A stretch of DNA of 63,963 bases, counting the filler, from Trypethelium eluteriae (taxonomy: Eukaryota): assembly GCA_051942245.1 (NCBI GenBank). It is 3 parts of 3 records of this genome, joined end to end, with 100 filler letters (N's around TTAATTAATTAA, not from the genome) between each part and the next. Parts side by side here need not be neighbours in the genome. Positions count along the whole stretch, not along the records: positions 43,053 to 63,963 come from JAVECL010000482.1; 2 more parts are not named here. One strand, given 5' to 3'. The notes beneath the pieces were generated by a model. That model saw only the letters and a list, made by a program, of their open reading frames with translations. It was not told the origin of the DNA and did not search any database. The position numbers and the translations under genes were made by a program. The number at the start of each line of letters is the position of its first letter. Positions within the stretch are counted from its first letter, which is position 1. Positions 47,825-60,655 of the stretch are shown one piece after another.

Positions 47825-50800
47825 ACTAGTAAGTAGGCTAAGTTAGAAGTTCAGATATAGAGATTTTGATCCAAGAGTAAGAGCAAGCTGGGGCTGGTTT
47901 GCACTAACCGCTGCATCAGTGGCTTTATAATGGTCTGTTATGATTGTGCAATAGGGTGGGGACCAAGAATTATCAGATCTGCCGGAGTGCTCCCCTGCGT
48001 CTGCTGCGTGTCGTAGTTGACGTTGGAGATCCAAAACCGTTGGAATGTACTTGGCTATATGCCCGCCTACATTGTGGCGGCAATCCTCTTGCAGAAATGG
48101 ATGTAATGCATCCGCGTGCTTAGGCTACGTGCTGAGTTTATTCGAATGGATTCTCCGAAGCATGAATAGTAATAGTCATCGATACATGAACCCTGTTCGT
48201 ACGGCAAATGATCTATCCGCCGGGCAGATTTTCGATTGAATTGGAAGGATAAGGCTTGATTGGTGAGATTTCTGACCTGCAGATTTACTCCGTATTTGCT
48301 CCGGTTCGTTGGTGGCTATGTTGCATGCATGAGCTACCGCCGGGGTTTGGTTCAGCTTCCTTCCCAAGAAACCTACTGCTGTAGTCAGGCAGGATACTCC
48401 ATGACCATCGCCCAGTCTCTACCGAGCTACAGAGTGTCTAATAACGAATAGATTATACAATTTAATGGTGCCTAACAAGACAAATGGTCTCATACCTATA
48501 ATTCCATTCCAAACCCCTACATATAGCGAGTTGTGTGATAGGGTAGCCCGCCAAGTCAGAGCAGCGAGTCTCTCAGGGACGAAGTCAGACCTGAAGTCGG
48601 CTGCATTTAGCACAGCGATCTCCCGGTGAGGCCTGTATCCGTTCCTTTAGACGCTCTTCGTCGCAAACGAGTCGCATACCAAGCTCATATCGTGCTGTGC
48701 ACCAGTCACCACCACTACTGTGCATGTGGGGACCAGGGATTCAAGCAACAATCATTCTAAAGTTAAGTGAGAAAGTACATATTCGATGATTGTAGCAGAA
48801 ATCTTCTGTTTGAAAGTCTCTCGGTCTTCAGTGAGGACGTGGTTGGACGGTTCATCTTCGCACTAAGCTACATTTGGTATTCTAAAGCTCATTCACGGCT
48901 CTTCAAAGTCCGATTCGCACCTTTCTGCCCTTCCCTTTCCTTTCCTTTCCAGACCAAAAATCAACAGGTGAGTTGCTTTTCATGCCTTCTTCTCACCATC
49001 AATATTCCACCATGTCAAATTCGAATTCAAATCGTCTCGATTTGCCAACTTCGCGTGCCTGTGGAATGTCGTCCATCCCTGGCCCAAGGACGGAGAAGAC
49101 GGCCAAGACCATTGCAGCCCCATAGGCAGAATAGGCATCGGCGATCTTCTTTGTCCTTACGCCTTGGATGTCGATTGCACTGCCACAGTTAGATGTCTAG
49201 CATTGCAAAAACAGCGTGAACGTTGCTGTGGATGCTGAGAGTTTGTCCAAATCCGCGGAAAGTGGTATCAATACCAAGGCTACAAGGCTACACCCGATTC
49301 AACCTTTTCAGAATGTCGTAACAAATTGTTGTCACGACAGATGAGAGGCTATTGACGTCGGGACGGGGGTCAACACGAGTGAAAACGCACGTACCCTTGC
49401 TCCACACCCCTCTTTCCATGAGCAACAACGACTCCAGTCGAGTCAGTATGGATCGTGGCGGTTCGAATTGAGCATCATCTGAAAGTTAGCGTTCTGTTGT
49501 TGCAACAATTGAGTGAAAGTTGCTGGTGATGCTAATCAATTTGCTCAGATCTAGGCCCACTAGGGAGATGATTTGCAACATTGGGCTACTGGGCTTGACC
49601 CAATTCAACCCTTCAGAATGTCCGCTCTTCCAATGCCGTTTCGTGTCATTATGCAAGAATGGTTCTCCATCATTGCCGCTTCGGACGGCAGAAAATGACC
49701 GAAAGTGTACGCACCTTTCCTGCAAGCCATTGTATCCGCTGGTTGACACTCCTTCAGCCGCAATCGTATGAATCACGGCACTTCGGACCGGGGATGGTGC
49801 CGAAGTGCATGTGTTAATGCAACGACCGATGATTAGCAGTCATGGTGTCAAGCGATGTGTCCTCTGATTGAGAGCCATGACCCATGCACAAGTATGAGGT
49901 CGTCCTTATCAATTGTTTGGTCGGAGTAGTAAGCTGGAACCGTTTTGCTATGGAAAGAGCATCCATGTTTGGAAGAGGATGGCGAAGCCAAATAAACAAG
50001 ATCGATCTAGCGGAAGGCCTTGGATATCAGCGGAGAGACAGAGACTGCTGAGGATTTGGCACTTAGCACTTCATGACTCTTCCCGGTATGGAATCAAGGG
50101 ATCCACCTAAATCAAGCTCATCAGGTTTTTACCCGCAATCCGCTTCCCGGCTTCGAGGGCTTGACAACAGTGGAATATTTCATGGAGATTGAAGACTGTG
50201 ACTGGAAAAGAGGTAAAACGGAGAGAAGGTGGGCTAAATCCATGTTGCTGTGCAAAAGCATTGATAAAATAATAGCTTGAATGAAGATGGGGCCGAATTG
50301 TGGAACGAAAAAAATTCATGCTGATGAAGGGGACGAGTATTTAAGGCTCTTAGCGGGCTGAAGATGGGAACTGGCGATGCCATGGGAAATGGAAAGCATC
50401 GCTTCGACTGCTCTACGTTGCTGTGGGATGGCAATCGCATCTATTGTTACGGCGGAAGTCATGCCCACGAATTCACGGGGAGAGTAACTACCTAGCTCCA
50501 TCTCTCTGGAACGGACGACATTGAGCATGAGCCTAGCCGTAGGTTGTTGCTGAATTTTAACATAAAGAGCAGGTATGTTGTTGTCTATCTAGAAGCAACG
50601 TTGGTAATCTATCCAAATGCAGAAGAGGAAACCTTGAATTCAGGAAGCCAGAATCCAGCCACGCCGATCTGGGGTATGCACCTGTGCAGTCACTAAAGAA
50701 GCCACTCCCAAGCATCATTTTCTTAAGGAAATCAATACTTTCACAACGAAGCAGCGCTTTTCGTGGTGGGAAAGCTCAACAGAGGTTCCACGGCAACTCA

Positions 50801-51448
50801 TTGGCAATGACATCCAAAGAAGGACCTGCTTTCTTGAAAGCCGTGCTTGCTCCAAAGTTAGACCCTGTTTGTATATTGTAATTGATGAAACTATAGGTAT
50901 CTATGATGGGCTCAGCTTGGCGCAGCTGTATCAAAAACCCCGTCGAGATTCTCCGGCATTTTGCAAGTAATTTCTCAGATCCACAAGATCCACGCAATGA
51001 AACATTTGTCAAGGTATCGTGCAATTGTCTCTAATTCAATACCTAGAAATATGAAGTTCCTTCAGAAGATGTCCATTTGATCCAGCTGAAGACAATGAGA
51101 GTGGACGTCCTAAACCACTCAAGAAAAGGTAGCGTTGGCTCGGTAGATCACAGCCAGCTACCGCACCACTCTGACAGATACAAGCTCGCTGACCACTTGG
51201 CTCAGTCAGCTGTAATTCACTTGCTTCATCAGATGAGGGCACGCGCAGGCAGTAATCTTTCTACATTTCTGAGATATGCTCTGCGTGCAGAAGAGCTACC
51301 AGGCCTCATACTCTAGCCCTGTCAAGTCTGAAGTCTTTGTGCGACATCGGGGATAGATCCTGTCATCGCTTCACATTTAACAGGCTCAGATGAATCTTGC
51401 GCGACGTTAGCTTCTCATGATACTACTTCTAAAGCCGGCGAGAGAGAC

Positions 51449-52261
51449 TCAAAACCCGTTACGTGCCCGTGGATCCGGATCCCACTCCTCATTCTCCATC
51501 CTCTGCGTCAACTCAAGTACCAATGGCTTCATCATCTCCATATATTTCTCCTCTTCCATCACCGGTTTCGCAGGCTTTGCCTCGAGATAAAAAGCCTCGG
51601 CCGCATCATCGTAGCTCCAGCTCCACCACACCTTCTCCATGACTGGTGGCTTGCAATTGTAACGTCTATGATGATCTTCCTTCATTATGAAACCGATGAG
51701 GCGGTTATACCATGTCTTGAAGTGCCCCTTGATATTCGCCCCATTCCGTACAAAGATGATTTTCTCTACGCCTTCGAGATTGCGCAGGAGCTTGACGATC
51801 TCGTGGTTATGATCACTTGGGTAGTGCCAGTAAGAGGAACGGTGAAAGACGATGGCAAGGGATTGGAGACGAAGGGAGGGCATGCCAAAGGGATGGGATC
51901 CCCATTGTTGCATTTTCTGGAACTGGCGGAGGCCAGCGAGGAAGGCGATGGAACGAATCGATTCAACCTGCTTCGGATGCAAAGAAGCTAGTTGCCGCGC
52001 AACGTCCGTGAAGGTGTCTCGGATCACAAAAGGAGTACGTGCTATAGCGGCACAGCTTGCATCATAGTAGAAGTGTCGGCAGGTCAGAAGAGGCGCCATA
52101 TTCGCAGCAGCCGTGTAGTCCTCGTCCAGGACAATGCCGCCGGACCCAGCGCGATTGCGAAAGCCATCGCCTTGGAGGTTTGCGTCAAATACGTATTCAA
52201 GAATTGATACTCGTATCTCAGCTGGAAGGTCCAGGAAATTGAGGCGTTGTCTTTCAGTCAT
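51449..52261 (-). CDS. F-box-like hypothetical protein, 270 aa
   Basis: Intact ORF; LNFLDLPAEIRVSILEYVF and PLLTCRHFY motifs. Confidence 0.75.
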   Translation of the reverse strand: MTERQRLNFLDLPAEIRVSILEYVFDANLQGDGFRNRAGSGGIVLDEDYTAAANMAPLLTCRHFYYDASCAAIARTPFVIRDTFTDVARQLASLHPKQVESIRSIAFLAGLRQFQKMQQWGSHPFGMPSLRLQSLAIVFHRSSYWHYPSDHNHEIVKLLRNLEGVEKIIFVRNGANIKGHFKTWYNRLIGFIMKEDHHRRYNCKPPVMEKVWWSWSYDDAAEAFYLEAKPAKPVMEEEKYMEMMKPLVLELTQRMENEEWDPDPRARNGF

Positions 52262-52782
52262 TCTTGAGCTTAGCGGGGGCGCCGGTTTGTGCGGAGAGAG
52301 GGAGATGGAAATGTTGCCAGAGCACTGGACGGTCTTACGGTGTGAAAGTAGATAAGGAAAAGTATATAGCTACATATTCTCTGTATCCAATGAGGTAAGT
52401 CTTGGCGATGCCGGTAGACAAGACGATAGATCAAGACGGTGGAGAAGGTATTGGTCGAGCCTCTCTCCCTAACTGCCCCTCCCCCTCGTGCCCCTCTCCT
52501 CTCCCTGTGGATCTCAATCCCGAGGCCGCGTCTTCCCCACACCAAGTTCCGTCCCAAGTCCGAACGAAGCCACCAAGCCACCAAGCCGTGTTCAAGTACC
52601 ATGTCGTTCCTGCGTCTAGTATTTGCACCTAGGAGAGCAGTCCAAAATTTTCCTCCAGTCTTGAGCTATGGCTTTAGCCGATCTGTATTCTTGGTACGAC
52701 ATCAAAATGGAGACTTCGAATAGAAAACAAATGAGCCGCCGAGCATGGGTGGGGTTTTCATCGAATTCTCTCACTTGTCATC

Positions 52783-54480
52783 ATGTATCTCCCTTTTCTC
52801 TTGAGTTTCATTCCAGCCATTAGTGCCGCGTCTTCCCCTTCTGCGGCTGTCAAAAATGGAACCTATGTCGGTCGATACGAACCAAGCTGGAACCAAGATC
52901 TCTTTCTTGGAATACCTTATGCCCAGCCTCCAGTTGGAGATCTTCGCTTCAGGTGGCCCCAAGAACTGAACACCTCCTTTTCTGAACCAAGACAAGCTAC
53001 GCAGTATGGTTATAGTTGCTATCAATATGCCACTGCCTTTAATCTTTCGGAGGATTGCTTAACGCTTAATGGTGAGCTTTTCGAACTCGTTTTACTTTTG
53101 AACCGTCGTTCACTCATCCAAACATCAGTTGTTCGCCCAGCTGGCTACGAAAATGTCACGCTGCCAGTCCTCATTTGGATCTACGGTGGTGGGCTCTACA
53201 CCGGCAGCACTGCTGACCAACAGTATAATCTCTCCGGAATCGTGCAAACCGCAGCCGCTGCCGGCTCTCCCCTTATCGCCGTCAGTATGAACTATCGTCT
53301 GGGTGTTTGGGGATTTCTGCAATCACCCCAGATCCTTGCAGAAGGTAGCAGCAATGCTGGACTTCTCGATCAACGGCTTGCCATGAGATGGGTACAGGAG
53401 AACATTGCTGCTTTCCGGGGAGACCCGAATCGTGTAACTGTTTGGGGAGAAAGCGCCGGAGCGCAGAGCATAGGGCTTCATCTGCATTCATTTGGCGGTC
53501 GCAACGATAATCTCTTCCAATCTGCAATTTTGGAATCTGGTGGTCCAATTGGGACCTCGCTAGAGCCATTGGCTTTCTATGCGAGTCCATTCGAGAACTT
53601 GACCAGGACTGTTGGATGCTGGACTGCAAAAAATCAGCTTGCGTGCCTTCGTTCTTTGACATCAGAACAGCTTTTTGACTCGAATTATAGCGTTACATGG
53701 AACCCGTTGGTCGATGGAACATTCTTGACGGCATACCCAAGCCAGCTCATGGCGAATGGGACTTTCATACATATTCCCTTGCTGATTGGAGCCAACACGG
53801 ATGAGGGAGTCAGTTTCAGTGTTCACGGGTTGGATAATGAGACGGCAATCTTCAATTCCCTGCTTGACTGGAGAAATTACCAAATCTCTCCACCGAGCAT
53901 ACGCACATTGTTGGATCTATACCCGAACCAGTACCCTTTCCCGCCTTACCATATCGTCAGCAACCAGACTTTTCCGCAGTACGGGTTGCAATGGCGTCGA
54001 GATGCTGCAATGGGCGGGGATCTGGTGATAATTGGGCAACGGCGCAAAACTGCGGAAGAGTATACTCGGGGTAGCCAACCTGTCTACTCTTATCGTTTCG
54101 ACACGCAACCTTGGAATGCGACAGCAACTACAGGTGTCCAGCACTTCGTGAATGTCGTATTCAGCTTCCAGAACATCAGCGGTGCCCTAGGGCCGCTGCC
54201 GGAGTTCCAAACCTACAAAGACCTCAGTCTTCAGATTGGAGAGGCATATGCAAGGTTTGTTAGTACACATGATCCTAACGGAGGAGATGTAGCGAATTTA
54301 AGGGGAGGAAACCTCGGAGGTAGTACGAATTTGACGACTTTGCCGGCGTGGCCAAGGTACAGCCTGAGCCAGCCTGAAAATATGGTATTGAACTCAAATG
54401 GAAGCTTTGTCGAACCAGATACATGGAGGAAGGAAGGCATTGCCTTCATCAATACTATATCAAGAGAGCTTTATTCGTAG
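52783..54480 (+). CDS. Secreted type-B carboxylesterase/lipase
   Basis: Signal peptide; FLGIPYAQPPVGDLRF, SEDCLTLN, IYGGG, WGESAG, GANTDEG, GVQHF. One 57-bp in-frame intron, 53072-53128. Confidence 0.93.
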   Translation: MYLPFLLSFIPAISAASSPSAAVKNGTYVGRYEPSWNQDLFLGIPYAQPPVGDLRFRWPQELNTSFSEPRQATQYGYSCYQYATAFNLSEDCLTLNGELFELVLLLNRRSLIQTSVVRPAGYENVTLPVLIWIYGGGLYTGSTADQQYNLSGIVQTAAAAGSPLIAVSMNYRLGVWGFLQSPQILAEGSSNAGLLDQRLAMRWVQENIAAFRGDPNRVTVWGESAGAQSIGLHLHSFGGRNDNLFQSAILESGGPIGTSLEPLAFYASPFENLTRTVGCWTAKNQLACLRSLTSEQLFDSNYSVTWNPLVDGTFLTAYPSQLMANGTFIHIPLLIGANTDEGVSFSVHGLDNETAIFNSLLDWRNYQISPPSIRTLLDLYPNQYPFPPYHIVSNQTFPQYGLQWRRDAAMGGDLVIIGQRRKTAEEYTRGSQPVYSYRFDTQPWNATATTGVQHFVNVVFSFQNISGALGPLPEFQTYKDLSLQIGEAYARFVSTHDPNGGDVANLRGGNLGGSTNLTTLPAWPRYSLSQPENMVLNSNGSFVEPDTWRKEGIAFINTISRELYS

Positions 54481-54947
54481 ACAACAAACATTTCGTCGAT
54501 CGGTCGTTGCTCCAGCGCCAAGTAGTGATTGCCTCAGCGCCATGCAGTGATTGCCTAAGCGCCAAGAAGTCATTACCACAGCGCCAAGCAATTGTCTGGT
54601 TTCCGCCAATAGCCATGATTTCCTTCCTCGCGAATAAGGACGGCTTGATGAAGGAAAAAGAAAACTTGTCAGCTTGTGATCCGAAGCAGAGCTATGACTT
54701 ACGAGATCCTGTCATACTACTGGCATCTGATCGCTGCGCCTACCTAGCACAGCCCGACATTATGAGATGAACAGTACAGGATGACAGTATATAGGTCACA
54801 TCGAAGACTCTCAAAACAATGTAATACTCTGACCCAGTGAGTCTTTCGTTATTGGAATCGAAGGAATCATTTCCAGTGTGTTGAATGTTTATTTCCATTG
54901 ACGTCATGCCGCAAACACCGAATTTCGCGGGCCCTATGGGCCGTCAA

Positions 54948-55439
54948 ATGGGGAGTACGGCTAGTCTTGCGTATAAACGGAGAGTAAGAGGCATAATTGG
55001 GACCCAAAATCTCCACACGTCCTCTGACAGGATGTAGATAAAATTCCGAGTGCAAGGCTGTTTCGACGGCGATGATCCTCTGTACGCAGCCTCCGTGCTC
55101 ATTGTATTGTGGCTGCTTGGGCTCACTGAAAGCAGAAAGACTATCTCAGAAATCGCATCGAAGCTCCACCTCTCTGGTTTCGTCAAAGTTGGACCTCGAG
55201 GACTGGTACGTTACATAGCAGAAGCTGCCTTTCTAAATTTGTCTTACTGTTGCATCCAGCCTGAAGGCGAAGCCCAAGGAGACGAGGATCGCCTCAGCTC
55301 GTTCATCCAGCGTATCAAGCGCCAGCTACCGGCTGGACATGTTACAGATGTCGAATCCTCTGAGATATCAGCAGTGTACGAGACGCTGGTTGCCGAATAT
55401 AAGAATAAATTTTTTGGAGGAGGGTTCCGAATTGTCTGA
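54948..55439 (+). CDS. Divergent acylphosphatase-like protein (copy 1), about 108 aa, 4 exons
   Basis: Exons 54948-54983, 55038-55081, 55133 or 55136-55205, 55260-55439 give MGSTASLAYKRR|IKFRVQGCFDGDDPL|(R)KTISEIASKLHLSGFVKVGPRGL|PEGEAQGDEDRLSSFIQRIKRQLPAGHVTDVE. Confidence 0.7.
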
Positions 55440-56297
55440 AGGATCTTTGGAACCTTCCTTTGAGGGGTAATTAGGCGAGGCTGATGGAGAATTCTCTTGG
55501 GGAAAGATCGGCGGAACGACGGTTGTCGATTGGTGAAGACTAAACGATCGACATTGGTTGAGGGCTGGTGTTTTCGTTCGGTCCGGCCCAGAGTGAGGCC
55601 TGCTGATTTACATGAAGTAGCGATGCGCAATCATACCTCCAACAACGATGTGCAGTCACGACAGTGACAGCTTCCTACGGATCAGTATTGACTGCTGAGG
55701 TGAATCTCGCAGGATGCCTTTCCAGGCCTCCCTGGTTCAGGCACCATCTGCCCCTGCAGACAACAGGAGCCTTTTCTCTCGTGCCACATGGCTCAAGCTT
55801 GCTGTGAGAGGTCAATGTTTTCGACTCGCATCTGTAGAGACCTAGAAGCAACGTCAATATGCTACCATCTTCTGCAAAAAGCTCGACCCCGACCCCAGAA
55901 TAGCCTGCGTACAGAGCCCGTCGAGAAAGATGCAACAGGGTTGTCATAGCCCACGCCAACCACCATCTCTACCAGACCTGCGGGTCCGGCGACCGTGGCG
56001 ACCTTCACCAATCTGAAACGACTTTATCCGTGCAGATAAAGCTGTGTCCGCACCGGCTTTTTAGGAATCCCTCCCTGGTCTTCTGATCCTCAGCATTCAC
56101 TGCATAAGCCCTGCTTTTCGCCGTCGTGATGGAGGGTCACCAAAGTAACCCTCAGTGATCAACTCCTTTATTGACGTCACGCACTCCCACTCTTAAGATG
56201 ACCACCCCTCGATTCTTCTAGCGAGGCCATTGTCAATTTGCGGTTATTTCAGTATTGCACTCTGCAAGATGACCGTTTTTAATATAAGTAATTCATC

Positions 56298-57372
56298 ATG
56301 ATTCCTCAACCATGCGTATTGAGCAGTTCCGCGGACGCCAAAGGGTCGCTCGGCCGAGGGATCTATTCGTCGCCAACGAAAAGGCGACGTTTTTCGCTTG
56401 GATCGATCCTCTCCAGAAGGCATTGGGCGAAGAAGCGAAGGGTATGCTTGCGCTTCTGAGACGGTTTCGAATGCTGCACGTAGAGCTGACTTGAGCAAAA
56501 GCTCAGCTTTAAGATAAGAGGTCAAGAAGGTAAAGATTTCTACCTATCGCTTACTGTACGAATCGGAGTACATGTACTAACCCGTGTCTTCGGGAAAGGC
56601 GTTGACTTTCTGTAAAGCGACACTCAGATCCACTTTTATGGCCCGTATTCTGACACGGCATGACAGCCCGATGATATGTGATCAAGCCACTGCGCTGAAA
56701 GTTACTGGATACTGCAGAAACGCGACAGACGGCAGTGTAAGCATCAGAGTATTTCGATATCTTCATTGGTTGTGGCTTTGCACATCCGTTCTCATTGCTT
56801 GATTCTCAATTTCCTTTCCGGTTTAACATCAACAGCAGCATTTTCGTAATTTCCTATCTTTACTCCTGTCTTATTCGCCAGACTTCAATAATTATCACAC
56901 CGGTTTCATCGCAATCGTTTCCAATTCCGCTCGTCCACTGAAGAAATCCCCAAACTGAATTTGAGATACTCAATCCTATACTTACCCCCAACTCACCACC
57001 TCCTTTCTCCCACAACAGATCCGCGGCGAAGCCCAAGGCGACGAGTCCCAACTCAACGACTTCGTTACCTACCTCCGCAAGGGGCCCCTGGCAGCCGATC
57101 TCGTTGGAACCGAAATCGGCGAGATCCACCCCAACTACAACGAGTACGACTTCTGCACCGTGCCGGACGACTATGACGACAGCGGCGTCGATAGCAGCAG
57201 TGCCATCTACCACACAACGACCACGCCGAGCAGCTCGGCACTCACGAGTAGTAGTGGTGGGAGTGCAGGGACGCCGGGGACGAGTGGGAGCGAGACCCGG
57301 TCGACGGTGAGTCGGGCGAGCTCGGGGAGCGTGATGAAGTTTCAGTGGAAGGTGGACAGGGTCGAAAGATAG
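56298..57372 (+). CDS. Divergent acylphosphatase-like protein (copy 2) with basic N-extension and Ser/Thr-rich tail, 5 exons
   Basis: Exons 56298-56441, 56502-56529, 56599-56611, 56667-56736, 57019-57372 give ..KKRR|LSFKIRGQEG|VDFL|PMICDQATALKVTGYCRNATDGS|IRGEAQGDESQLNDFVTYLRKGPLAA. Start codon uncertain. Confidence 0.72.
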
Positions 57373-60300
57373 GCATCGAGGGAAGCAAAAGGGAAGGGAA
57401 GCTATGGATGATGAGAATAATGAGGATGGTAGCGAATTGTGAGAGTCACAAATGATGTTGTTCTCAATGTTTTCGGGTTTCTTCTCAGTCTTGGCGCATG
57501 TCTTGGCTGGCATTTTCTGGCGGCTCTTTGGCCTTTTCATTGTGCGTCTTACCACATCTTATACTGTTTCATGTTCTAGTGCATTTTCTTATTCCGCCAA
57601 AATTTGATACCACGGAAGGCGGCATCGGGATGACCAGGAATATTTCGTCTTTTCCGAATGACTCTGTGTTCAGGGCAACGATTTTGGACTCTCATCAAGA
57701 AATATTGAGAGAATGATATTGCTAACTAATCGCATCATCATCAAATCTCAAATTTTTCATGTTGAATTCGATCGACTGTCTTGCAATTGCTATTTTCTCA
57801 TGAACGAAGGAGCTCGGAACTCACACAGTACCAGTTTAGTCAAAGTAAGCCAGATGATACTGACCACTTTTGGTGGCGGGGTTTTTCCACAGCAATGATG
57901 TAACAAGAGACAAGAGTTGGACACGCAGTCGCCGTGAAGTACACAGAAGTTGTGTTATTTTTAAGCTAAGCGTATTGTCCTCTCCCATCCAATTGCAAGG
58001 GCTCAGCGAACTGAGACCGCTTCATCCCCTTTCTTCGTGCTTGTTGAAAGCTTCGGCAGCCCTCCGACATACTGCAAAACCTTAGAGTTACCGGAAATAT
58101 ACTTCCGCAACACCTCCAGCGCTTCGGTTCCATCCTCCTTCTGAGAAATCTTCAAGGTACAGCAGAATGCACGCCCCGAGGCGCAAAGTATTGCACTCAG
58201 AGCGTCCATGTACTCGCTTTTGCCATCCGCCTCAGATCTGAGTCAGCAGCGGATTTCTAGCTCTCTATAGAGACAGCTGGTGCAACTTTGGCAGATACCA
58301 AGGCTTTATATTCTGTTTGGTAGGAGCCCAAGCCTCTAAATCGTGTTTTTGACTACTGCGCCACTGCAAGTAGTAGAGAAGTGTTGTTCTGAGTTGCTAT
58401 CAGAAACTTATCTGTTGCCGCTGTGTCGTCATCAGTGACTTTGTAGAGCTGCAAATATGTCGGCATTCGTACAAGCGCTTGCGTAACGGGAAAAGATTAG
58501 CGTTTCACTTCTTTGCCGGACTGTGATAGTTTTGCAGTTTCGCGCATGCATCACGTGTCGTCATGTGTGGAGATCGTATCACCGTACGCATCTTCTGTCC
58601 CGGATGCATTGTAGCACAGCGTTTTACTTGCTCGGATGACCTAAAAGCCCTTGCTCGTGAGGCATCAGCTTCGGTTTCCAGCAACTTTGATGCCTCTCCG
58701 AGTATCATAGCCGTCTAATCGGCACATGATGTCATTGTGAAAGAGCACCATTTCTTGTCATGTCGAAGCCTTCAAGAGCCACGAACGTATCACCTTATTG
58801 CGTACCTAGGACCAGATTGGCACCGGCCAAATAGCTCTCGGAACGAGGCTTATGTTCTACCTCTTCCTCTCTTCGCGAGCTTCTCCCGCTACACATGCTC
58901 AAGGGCTCCCTTTTGCTCCAGCTCCGCATCTAAGCTCTCCTTAACTCTGTGCTTCTTCACCTTTTTCTTCTGACTCTCATTATTCTTGGACCCTATCTGC
59001 ATAGCCGTATATTGTGTCTTTCGACGGTCTTCCCATAGGCGGATAACCTCATTAACAATGTCGGTCGTGTCGTGCTTGGAACTTTTTGATCAATTAGGTG
59101 TTGATGCTTCGCTCGATAATAGAGTCAAGAGCTCCGAGCATAGTCTCCATTGACTCCCAAGGAATGTAGGCAGAGACCAAGGCTAAGGTAATCGGAGTGG
59201 AAGAGCGCCAGAGGAGGGCATAGGAGAACTTGGTGTCCGGATACTTGCATGAGAGGAGATTCAACGAAATCAGTGTATTGACACTCGCAACCAGGGAATC
59301 GACACAGGTAACCGTCTTTAGACCAATATTCAGTCCTCCTGTACTGAAGTTGACGTGGGGCGAAAATGCAGGGGTAGCAGGAGAGGCTGAGTGGTTGTTG
59401 TCCAGATACCCACGCACCTCGCGAACTCGCGGACCTTCCCTTCGTCGAAGTCCAACCTAGGTATGTCCAATACCTTGTGACAGCCTTTCAAGGATCGTAT
59501 CGGGCTGTTCCGTACGCAACATTCCGTCCGGAGTAGGACGGTGCTAAGGTAACTTAGGTACCTTACGGAGTACATTGATCGACACACCTTCCACCTGACC
59601 GGAGAACGCCGACTTACTGTAGAAACCACAATCTGTTCTGAACCTTACCTTCGACCCTCATTACAAGTCACGTCCTAGTCGGTTAGAAGAGCAACCTCTA
59701 TTGCCAATTTATCTACGATGTCTAGCGCCAGAATATGACAAACTGTCTTTCGGGATCAAGGCGCCCTTTCCGTTTTTTCATAGTGCCAGCGTTGATCCAG
59801 GAGCGCTCATTACTGATGATGATGCTATTGAACTCCATCTAAGGTATATCCTAGAAGGGTTTTCGAAAGCGATAAGCCAAGGGACACGATCACATATCGT
59901 GGTTGCCTTGTTTGTCTACTACTACTACTAAGTAAATTGTCTGAGTCAACTAGTGGTGTAGCAATCTTGCATCTGCACTTCGCTCAAACCTGATAGTCGG
60001 AATACTGGAGTAGAATGAACAAATTCGAAGCCGATTGCCGGAGATCCCGAAAAAATTGGCAAAGAAATAGTCCAAAGGTACGTTAAACCTGTCGTTTTCT
60101 CGGTTCCTCTTCCCGATCCCTCGATTTACTTTCCGGGGTCACCTACGGGCAACACTGTCACCCGCGGATATTTTTGAGGAAACAAGATATTGCGAGATGA
60201 CGTGGGGCACGGCGGTAGTTTCTGATTACAATGGATGACGGTCGAAAAGTCACGTTAATTGACAGATAACGCTCCACCTTCTGTCATGGACTGCGGTTGT

Positions 60301-60655
60301 GCCTTACCTCTGGGAGGTTTGATCGTCACTACCTTCTCCGGGTTCAACAGTGACTACTCACCCAATTTTATTCAAGAGACACCATCGGTACTATGCCGAT
60401 CGATCCTGTCTCTGAGACAATATGCTATTTTGAGTCCATCCTGGTCTTCTCCTGTATTGAGAAAAAGATATGTCTGCCATTGTTTCGGACGCCAGCACTT
60501 CATACAATTTCAAACTAGCCCCAGCCTTGTTTGATGATCATTTGGCCCTGACACCTGGTCAGTGAATATAAGAGCTTATCATCTCAGTATCAGGATGATC
60601 ATTTTCGTTGCATTCACCTGTATCCCTGCACCCATCTGTGCCGGGCATCCTCTCA

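Noticed and set aside
49440..49480. ggttcgaat T-loop-like motif suggesting a tRNA
   Set aside because: No T-stem or acceptor-stem pairing around it; no tRNA or rRNA recognised anywhere in the window by eye.
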